Assembly: GCA_951406725.2 (NCBI GenBank)
Contig: OX597820.1
Span: 32,302,001 to 32,366,000, forward strand
DNA from: Octopus vulgaris
Lineage: Eukaryota
Direction of reading: 5' to 3'
Length of the DNA stretch: 64,000 nucleotides
The notes beneath the pieces were generated by a model, which saw only the letters and a program-made list of their open reading frames with translations, had not been told where the DNA came from and ran no database searches. Both the position numbers and the translations under genes were made by a program. Shown here piece after piece: positions 54,821-64,000 of this stretch. Position 1 is the first letter of the stretch; each line of letters opens with the position of its first letter.

Positions 54821-55426
54821 GACGTTGTTGTTGCTTAGTCACGTTTCAACCTTGATGGAACATGTATATAACCAAAACATTGCACTCTTGAGAATAACTT
54901 GTAGTGTATTGGGTGGGGTGAGTGACTTTTGGTGACGAAAGTTTACTTAGATTATTCCTTGCTGACTTCATTTTTTTTAAAGATGTTAACGTTTGATATG
55001 AAGGAAGTTTGGCTGTGGTTTCTAACATGTAGGGCGATCACATATAGGCTATCTCATTACCAAAGTAGCCTTTCTGTGTCTGATTCTCTACCGATTGTTA
55101 TTTCTTTATTGCACACAAGGGGCTAAACATAAAGAGGACATATAAGGACAGGTAAGATGCTTTACCGATTGTGCCACACCACTCCGCTCATCTAAACCGT
55201 GATGAAATTCCTGTAATTTCTCCAGATATTCCTAGAACACAGCGTATTTCGAACAGGAAACAAATAAACGCATGACGCACAATCATACGAACACACATGC
55301 ACACATACATATACTCACGCACTTACACACACACACACACACACATTCACATGACAATCACACGTACATACACATATATTCACTAACATATATATACACA
55401 CACATACACACATATACACACACAAA

Positions 55427-55481
<55 letters not shown>

Positions 55482-55490
55482 AATCACACA

Positions 55491-56230
55491 TACGAGGGTC
55501 AGTTGAAAAATTCATAGGCTGACCAAGATTCTCTCATGGAATGTAACCAAATCACGTTTATCTTCCAACATTGCGATCTGCACAATTCTTCCATCAGCAC
55601 AGTGTAGATCCAACTGGATCTCACTGGATCCCACTGGTGTAGAAGCTTTCAGCCTGTAACTCTTTTAATCTTTTACTTGTTTCAGTCATTTGACTGTGGC
55701 CATGCTGGAGCACCGCCTTTAGTCGAGCAAATCGACCCCAGGGCTTATTCTTTGTAAGCCTAGTACTTATTCTATCGGTTACTTTTGCCGAACCGCTAAG
55801 TTAAGGGGACGTAAACACACCAGCATCGGTTGTCAAGCGATGTTGGGGACAAACACAGACACACAAACATATACACATACATACATATATATATATATAC
55901 ATATATACGACGGGCTTCTTTCGGTTTCCGTCTACCAAATCCACTCACAAGGCTTTGGTCGGCCTGAGGCTATAGTAGAAGACACTTGCCCAAGGTGCCA
56001 CGCAGTTGGACGGAACCTGGAACCATGTGGTTGGTAAGCAAGCTACTTACCACACAGCCACTCCTACGCCTGTTGGTAAGAAAAAACTCGTCGATAGCAG
56101 ATGTGATGCTATCATCACTGAGATACTGGTTACCAGTCAAGTGTCTTTTCATGTTGAGGAACAGATGATAGTCAAATGGAGCTAAATCAGGACAATAGGG
56201 AGGGTGCTCAACTAGTTCAAAGCCACAATT
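55491..56230 (-). mobile_element. Mariner remnant interrupted by SINE family A (about 55660-56068)
   Basis: TIR TAcgagggtcagttgaaaaattc; minus strand PYCPDLAPFDYHLFL..MKRHL. Confidence 0.75.
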
Positions 56231-56456
56231 TTTTACTCACACGCACACACACAATCGACTAGTGACAAACCTATCGGCCAAAGTCAGTGGCCTCTTTCGT
56301 GAAACGGATATAACAATACCCCTTTGTTTTAAATAAATACCGTTCGCGGCAAGGCGGGAGAGTGCACGCATGGACAACAACTTGTCTTCCTCAAGAAACA
56401 TTTTGCTCTTGTCTGTGCATGATTGAGCAACAATATGATCAACATTGACCCTATTG

Positions 56457-56509
<53 letters not shown>

Positions 56510-56657
56510 ACATAGTGTACATTAAAGCACAAGAGAAACTACCTTTAACAGGTAATTTTACACGCTAGAAGAAGCAGTCAAAAACGACCGAAAACACATT
56601 TAAGAGCAATTTCGAAGGGAATGAAAAATAAGAACTTTTACCTTTTTATTTTTTTAT

Positions 56658-56727
56658 GGTTATACCTAGTTTTCAAATTTTTTTAGCAAATAAAATAATG
56701 TGCCTGGTGAAATTCTCATCAGTAACC
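56658..56727 (-). ncRNA. Type I hammerhead, canonical core
   Basis: GGTTA-CTGATGA-GAATTT-loop-AAATTT-GAA-AACTAGGT-A-TAACC, then AATAAA. Confidence 0.8.
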
Positions 56728-57459
56728 GCGCCATAACATTAACATATAATTTAGAGACAAATCACACGTGTCTGCATTTGCGCGGTGAATTTGAAAAAAT
56801 TATAACGTATAAGCTAGTTATTTGATATCACGCTGATACCAGTTCTCGTTCTTCGAGGTGAAGAATTCCTTCACTGAAGCTTCCACCTCCTTTTGATTGA
56901 GGAAGCGTCATGAGTGCAGGTTGTGAGCCATGGATCGGAACAATTAATAATCCGATGGAGATATTTTTCCGAAATCCTAACATGCACAATTAATGGCTGA
57001 GCAAGGACTAGCTTTCGGGACTGGTCGCCAAACATGAGTGTTTCGAGTACACGGTGATGTTCTGAGTTTGATGGAATTATGATAGGATCATTGACTACGA
57101 GTTCGTTTCCGACACTCGAACCATCAATGCTAATCTGTACTCCGAACAACTGGAGCAGATGTATGCCATTATGTGGCAAAAATACTCGGCAGTAGTTAAG
57201 AGAAGGGGAGTTGAGGGAATCTAACTGATGCCACACATGTTACGAGCAATAGATCACTTCCTGCACTCGCGACGATTCATCAAGTAAGAGGAGATGGAAG
57301 CTTCAGTGATGAACTGGTAAGAGGTGGTTTCAGGTGATGCAACATGGTGGCCTCCACTTTGAACGCCAAGTTGCTTTCGTTGTAACTTGACGAGTAACAA
57401 AACTAACGAAAATATCGCAAAACATTTGAGTCAATACAATATATTTAGTGAAAAATATC

Positions 57460-57613
57460 GATCCTAGAACTTATTCTTTGTAAGCCTAGTACTTATTCTA
57501 TCAGTCCCTTTCGCTGAACCGTTAAGTTACGGGGACGTTAACACACCAACATCAGTTGTCAAACACAGACACATACATACATACATACATACATACATAC
57601 ATACATACATACA

Positions 57614-57647
<34 letters not shown>

Positions 57648-57737
57648 ATCATATATACGACGGACTTCTTTCAGTTTCCGTCTACCAAAGTCACTCATAA
57701 GGCATTGTTCCGCCCGAAGTTATAGTAGAAGACACTT
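57460..57737 (-). mobile_element. SINE family A, truncated by the adjacent HHR element
   Basis: Family A body with internal (TACA)n; homology stops at gacactt (about 57737). Confidence 0.8.
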
Positions 57738-57749
57738 CGCGGAAGAAGC

Positions 57750-57790
57750 CACGCTGAGGACGGGTAGCCACCCAGAAACTCGAGTCTGTG
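57750..57790 (+). ncRNA. Type I hammerhead, canonical core, GUC site
   Basis: CACG-CTGAGGA-c-GGGT-agcc-ACCC-a-GAA-ACTCGAGT-C-TGTG; perfect palindromic stem III. Confidence 0.85.
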
Positions 57791-58015
57791 AGTATCACGT
57801 AAAGCTAGAAATGACCTCCCCTCGCAAATACTAATCGGACACTATATGTGTCGTTAGCCAGCTGGAACAGATGTCTTTCTGGGACTATAAACGTCAGTAT
57901 CACTGTCCTGTACAGGATGCTACACTTGGTTGGCAAATATATGTTACGATATAATTATATGTATTGCTATTGTTTACATCTCACTCACAGATTTTATATA
58001 GCCTATATATATATA

Positions 58016-58067
<52 letters not shown>

Positions 58068-58365
58068 TAGATATATGTGTGTGTGTGTGTGTGTATGTAT
58101 ATATGTATATATATATATAATAATAAATATTAGGGAATAAATCCAAACTTACAGGGAAAAATCAGATTTAGGATTTAATCCAATTTTATAGTAAAATATT
58201 ATATTATATTAAATTAGAGACAAAACCACTATTAGGCAAATCAAACAATGAAAAACTTAAGCCAATACATAAGATTATTATATTTATATTATTTAAATAT
58301 ATGACAAAATTATTAAAAAATATAATTAATATAATTAATAGTGGTTTTGTCTCTAATTTAATATA

Positions 58366-58423
<58 letters not shown>

Positions 58424-58471
58424 AACAGAAAAAGAAAATGGAGATTGGGAAGTTAATAATTATTTATTATT

Positions 58472-58546
58472 GACAATGTTTCAATTAATACTCAGTAAAT
58501 ATTAAGTAAATATTAAATTTATATGCTCTGAGCATAATATCTTCAG
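58472..58546 (-). ncRNA. Hammerhead-like motif lacking stem I pairing
   Basis: CTGAAGA-tattatgctcag...ctgagtattaatt-GAA-ACA-t-TGT-C. Lies inside an inverted repeat (about 58428-58470 / 58641-58683). Confidence 0.45.
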
Positions 58547-58948
58547 AGGGGGAAAATGATTCTCTTTGATGTCTTATATGTGTTTATGGATTCATTATTG
58601 TAGAGCGAATGATGTAAGGGATGATGACTGATTTCCTGTTAATAATAAACAATTATTAACTTCTCAATCTCCATTTTCTTTTTCCTCTCTTTTATGTGAA
58701 TATAAACTATATGTTTTTTTATATATGTATATACACCTATCATTTTAAGGAAATGAATTCCCCTGAAATACTAGGTATTGAACCAGCATTTCTTTGATTG
58801 AAAGCATCTCTTCATGACGTTAACATAACCTCAAATCGAAGTATATATAGTTAATCCAAACAAGAAAACACAGAAAAATACACACAGACACGCGAGGACG
58901 TGGAACAATTAAAGTATTATTTGACGCTCAGGAAAGAAGGGAAGGAGG

Positions 58949-58983
58949 GTTTAACGTTTCAAGCGGAGCTCTTCGTCGGAAAC
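58949..58983 (-). ncRNA. Minimal hammerhead (U4C; family of 36265)
   Basis: GTTT-CCGACGA-A-GAGC-tcc-GCTT-GAA-ACGT-T-AAAC. Confidence 0.75.
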
Positions 58984-59118
58984 AAAGGAGAAGGAAAGAT
59001 CCCGAGAAGGGAAGACAGAGGAAAAAAATTATTATTTTTTTTTGCTGGTGGTGCTCAAGAGATCACATGTATATATGTGTATATATATATATGTATATAT
59101 ACGTATATATGTATATAT

Positions 59119-59149
<31 letters not shown>

Positions 59150-59150
59150 T

Positions 59151-59986
59151 ATTTATAAATGAGGGTGAAAAATCGATATTAATTTAATAATACCATTAAT
59201 TTAACACCGAGTGGCTTAGCACAAAAAACTAGGGAGAAAATACAAATTTATACATAAATTATTAGAGAGTTACCACTATGTGGATAGCTCTAGTGCTAAA
59301 AATAGCTCCGATAGTATAGCCACCGAAATGATGTTTCCAACTAGAAATAACATTACATTTAACGGAAGGAAAGTGAAACATAACGAATAAATTGATTGAC
59401 CCTGAACAATTGTTTCATTACTAATGTAATTTTACTTACATCTATAAATCATTTTTAGCACTAGAGCTATCCACATAGTGGTAACTCTCTAATAATTTAT
59501 GTATAAATTTGTATTTTCTCCCTAGTTTTTTGTGCTAAGCCACTCGGTGTTAAATTAATGGTATTATTAAATTAATATCGATTTTTCACCCTCATTTATA
59601 AATTTATAAATTTAATTATGCGGCAGTAAATATTTTATTTGATGCAGCATACGTTTCCAACGAGTCCTAGCATGCCTTTCGCGGGGAATTTGAGGCATAA
59701 CTAAAAATGCAATTGGTTAAGCCGCACGTGTATTTTGACGCTCGTGTTGGTCTAATAAATTGTATTTAAGACAAACCTCTGCTGATGATTTATAGATGTA
59801 AGTAAAATTACATTAGTAATGAAACAATGGTTCAGGGTCAATCAATTTATTCGTTATGTTTCACTTTCCTTCCGTTAAATGTAATGTTATTTCTAGTTGG
59901 AAACATCATTTCTGTGGCTATACTATCGGAGCTATTTTTAGCACTAGAGCTATCCACATAGTGGTAACTCTCTAAAAATTTATGTA
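59151..59986 (+). mobile_element. Retrozyme-like element: 483-bp monomer in partial tandem with 5' inverted copy
   Basis: tttttagcactagagc recurs at 59452 and 59935. 59151-59451 is the reverse complement of a segment spanning the monomer junction. HHR at 59777-59837. Confidence 0.78.
59777..59837 (+). ncRNA. Type I hammerhead, canonical core
   Basis: CTCTG-CTGATGA-(ttta...ATGTAA-gtaaaa-TTACAT...taat)-GAA-ACAATGGT-T-CAGGG. The inverted copy has the perfect palindrome ACAATTGT. Confidence 0.75.
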
Positions 59987-60069
59987 TGTATCCCCTTCTC
60001 CCCCCTCTTCTCCCCTCCCCCTCTTCTCCTCACTACACCACATGACTTTACACATCACATCACATATGA

Positions 60070-60410
60070 TGTGCCATACTAATACACACACCAACTAATA
60101 CATACTAATACGTACTAATACATACTAGTACATACTAATACTTACACCAACCCTATACATACACACGTCCAGACCCCGCATACGCACTTATACTCTCTCA
60201 CACACACACACACACACCTATACATACCAATACGTACTAATACATACTAATACATACTAATACATACACCAACCCCATACATACGCACGTCCAGACCAAT
60301 CCCACGCACTGATACTCTCTCATACACACACACACACACACACCCTTATACATACTAATACATACACCAACCCTATACATACACATCCAGACCCCTCCCA
60401 CGCACTTTTA
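60070..60410. repeat. Composite minisatellite (about three ~110-120-bp units with (tacatactaa)n)
   Basis: caccaacccyatacatac...tccagacc...acgcact repeats three times. Confidence 0.75.
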
Positions 60411-60565
60411 GCTGGTCCCTCAACCCTATTATCTCCCCTTATTTCGCTCTCGCGTCTCATGTTTGATCTTTGACCTCTGGCCGAAATCAGATCGCCATGT
60501 TGATTCGTTAGCTACTGCACGCATTTTTTTCTCTCCTTCTTTCTGTGTTTTTCTCTCTCTGTGTA

Positions 60566-60603
60566 TCTTTCTGTTGAAGAGCGTAGGCTCGAAACGTTAA
60601 AGA
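60566..60603 (+). ncRNA. Minimal hammerhead with A6U core variant
   Basis: TCTTT-CTGTTGA-A-GAGC-gtag-GCTC-GAA-ACGT-T-AAAGA; element ends in (TA)n at about 60702. Confidence 0.68.
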
Positions 60604-60753
60604 CTTGTTTTATTTATATTTCCTGAGCGCCATACTAATACAATTGTTCGTTTGTTTTCCACCTGCCTTCGTCTTTTGTTTATTTTCATAAAGCTTCCCG
60701 TTATATATATATATATATATATATATCAGAGAGAACAAAGTGTACGTACACCG

Positions 60754-60805
<52 letters not shown>

Positions 60806-60806
60806 T

Positions 60807-60846
<40 letters not shown>

Positions 60847-61150
60847 GTACGAAATGGGACAAGATCGCAAAACATCCGGATAACTATGTGATACAAAAAG
60901 GGACAACAAAACATCCAGATAGACGATGCAAAAAAACAAGGACAGGTCATTCGATGCTTTCTATCCTCAGTCAAGAACCGGATCCTCAAGATTAATCAGT
61001 TGAAATTGCGAGGATGATCCGGTTCTTGACTGAAGATAAAAAGCTTTGAATGACCCGTCCTTGTTTTTTGTTATCGTCTATCTGGATGTTTTGTTGTCCC
61101 TTTTTGTATCACCTAGTTGTCCGGATGTTTTGCGTCCTTGTCCCATTTTG

Positions 61151-61153
<3 letters not shown>
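60847..61153. repeat. Foldback (~135-bp arms) related to the 857-bp tandem unit
   Basis: About 60847-60984 is inverted to about 61016-61153. Shares ctcaagattaatcag..gaaatt..gatgatccggttcttgactgaaga with 27370-27424. Flanked by (TA)n. Confidence 0.85.
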
Positions 61154-61194
<41 letters not shown>

Positions 61195-61199
61195 AAGGG

Positions 61200-61266
<67 letters not shown>

Positions 61267-61269
61267 CCT

Positions 61270-61730
61270 TTTATTCTTTTACTTCAGCTATTTGGCTCCA
61301 GCCATGTTGGAGCACAGCATTTAGTCGAACAAATCGACCTCAGGACTTATTCTTTGTAAGCCTAGTACTTATTCTATCGGTCTCTATTGCCGAACCACTA
61401 AGTTACGGAGAGGTAAACACACCAGCATCGGTTGTTAAGCGATGGTAGCGGCGACAAACACAGACGCACAAATGCATGCATACATACATACATACATACA
61501 TACATACATACATACATACATACATACATACATACATACATACATGTATATATACATACGACGGGCTTCTTTCAGTTTCTGTCTTCCGAATCGACTCACA
61601 AGACTTTGGTCGGCCCGAGGCTATAGCAGGATAGCAGGAGGCACTTACCCACGGTACCACGCAGCTGGACTGAACCCGGAACCATGTAGTTGGAGGGCAA
61701 GCTTCTTACCACGCAGCCACTCTTGTACCT
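61270..61730 (-). mobile_element. SINE family A
   Basis: Full-length diverged copy with internal (TACA)n. Confidence 0.85.
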
Positions 61731-62004
61731 ATATACCTATAGACATGGAGTGGAAACGCTCGACTAATGATGCTTCAAGATGGTGCTCCAGCATGGCCAC
61801 AGTCTAATAACTGAAACAAGAGATAAATGATAAAAGATATATATGCCTATACATATATATATATACATACATACATACATACATACATACATACATACAT
61901 ACATACATACATACATACATACATGCATGCATATACATGTATATATATTTGCATGTATACAAGCATATATATGCAATTCTGTATACACACACAGACACAC
62001 AGAT

Positions 62005-62040
<36 letters not shown>

Positions 62041-62054
62041 GTATATATACATAT

Positions 62055-62272
62055 ATGTGTGTGTCTGTGTTTGTGTGACTGTGTTTGTCCCCCTAGCATT
62101 GCTTGACAACCGATGCTGGTGTGTTTACGTCCCCGTCACTTAGCGGTTCGGCAAAAGAGACCGATAGAATAAGTACTGGGCTTACAAAGAATAAGTCCCG
62201 GGGTCGATTTGCTCGACTGAAGGCGGTGCTCCAGCATGGCCGCAGTCAAATGACTGAAACAAGTAAAAGAGT
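62055..62272 (+). mobile_element. SINE family A, 3' half
   Basis: Near-consensus tail. Confidence 0.88.
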
Positions 62273-62728
62273 ATATATATATATTTACAATCATATAAAC
62301 GTACGTTGCTTAATAGTGCGCGAATGAGAAATGAGAACTCGATACATGTACGTATATATATATATATATACATGTATATATATATATATATATACACACA
62401 TATATAGTGATACCAATGGTGGTGGTGAGCTACTAGTATTTCTTGTATAATTGGTGGAAATAGTAGATTTGATTGGGGAGGGTATGGTAGTGGCGGTGAT
62501 GGTGGTGGTAATTGTGTTGGCTTTACAATGAAGTATTAAACAAGGAAAAAGATTCATTTAAGTTTCCTCATTAATGACCATCTGAATTAATTCATATTAT
62601 TGCAAATACAAAATCTGTGTGTGTGTGTGTGTGTGTGTATGTGTGTGCGTTTGCATAGTGTATACGTGTGTATGCTTGAGTGTGTATATGTGTGAGTGTT
62701 GATATGGACAGATAAAAGTTTGTGCTTG

Positions 62729-62788
<60 letters not shown>

Positions 62789-62899
62789 CCTATCTACCTA
62801 TCTATGATATATATATATATATATGTGTGTGTAGGTCCCGGGTTGAGTCGGGGTTAACCACAGTAAATAAGGTACTCAATACATAGCAGAGTAATATAG

Positions 62900-62971
<72 letters not shown>

Positions 62972-63056
62972 TAGATAAATAAATAGACAGACAGATAGAT
63001 AGATAGATAGACAAACAGACAGACAATCTATAGATAGACAGACAGACAGACAGACA

Positions 63057-63234
<178 letters not shown>

Positions 63235-63245
63235 TTATTTATCTA

Positions 63246-63291
<46 letters not shown>

Positions 63292-63718
63292 TAAAAATAT
63301 AAAATAATTAAGGTGGCGAGTCGCCACCTAAACCCATATCTAACTCTTAACTCTAGCAATGCCGGTGGTCACTGCACCTTTGGTCACATTTTGTGACGGG
63401 GAATTATATACCTATGTATATATATATATATGCGTTGTGCGTGCGTGTGTGAGTGTGTGTATGATGTAATCTTTGTCCTCAGTTTATTGAGAAATAATGT
63501 ATGTATATGTGTGAAATAACGTATGTATTTATACATACATATATATGAATATATATGTGTGTGTATATGTGTGTGCGCGTGTGAGTATGTTGCACACACA
63601 TATTTTACATACACATTACACATAGAGATAAAGGAGAGAAAGAGCATTAGATACACAGATACAGTCCATTGTCTAAGAATTTTCAAACATATGCTATCCA
63701 TAAATGCATATCTTTAAG

Positions 63719-63770
<52 letters not shown>

Positions 63771-63778
63771 ATATATAT

Positions 63779-63814
<36 letters not shown>

Positions 63815-63824
<10 letters not shown>

Positions 63825-64000
63825 AAATCTGTTCTGTCTGTCTCTGTGTGTATCTTCTAGGATCTCGGGCATCCTCCATCCGATTGCGCTCAAATTTGAT
63901 ATGTAAACACTGACTGTATCAGGGCATGTATAAGTCTTGAAAAAATTACAAAAGTCAATCCCAGGTGAGAATGCAATCGATAAAGCCGTGGGAACGTGCA
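63815..64000 (+). mobile_element. Putative Helitron/HINE-like element 5' end
   Basis: (TA)n-ataatataaaatctgttctgtctgtc...catccgattgcgctcaaatttga, typical of rolling-circle non-autonomous repeats; runs off the window. Confidence 0.35.

Noticed and set aside
63311-63329. Perfect 9-bp hairpin aggtggcga-g-tcgccacct
   Set aside because: Resembles an inverted SINE B head fragment; no evidence of function, and a bacterial terminator reading is inappropriate here.

Overview
This is AT-rich, microsatellite-saturated eukaryotic DNA. The SINE and LINE repertoire points to Octopus (inferred, not verified). No host protein-coding gene can be supported: almost all listed ORFs are translations of (TA)n/(CA)n/(TACA)n/(TATC)n/(TAG)n tracts. 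The real coding remnants are transposon fragments: RTE, CR1, Tx1/L1, RLE-type non-LTR, a Penelope GIY-YIG endonuclease and Tc1/mariner, plus several tRNA-derived SINE families and a Helentron-type HINE interrupted by an ORF1-only LINE. The standout signal, read by eye on both strands, is about 20 minimal type I hammerhead ribozyme (HHR) motifs in more than 10 unrelated sequence families. Most have the palindromic stem III expected of dimerising Penelope-type HHRs. The core 3-8 pair occurs as C-G, U-A and G-C. They sit in short non-coding elements, mostly embedded in (TA)n, often as foldback (inverted) or tandem insertions, including a 483-bp circularly permuted unit. A near-identical 4.2 x ~857-bp array with a non-canonical HHR-like motif also lies in (TA)n. 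Together this suggests a very dense population of non-autonomous Penelope-mobilised retrozyme-like elements.
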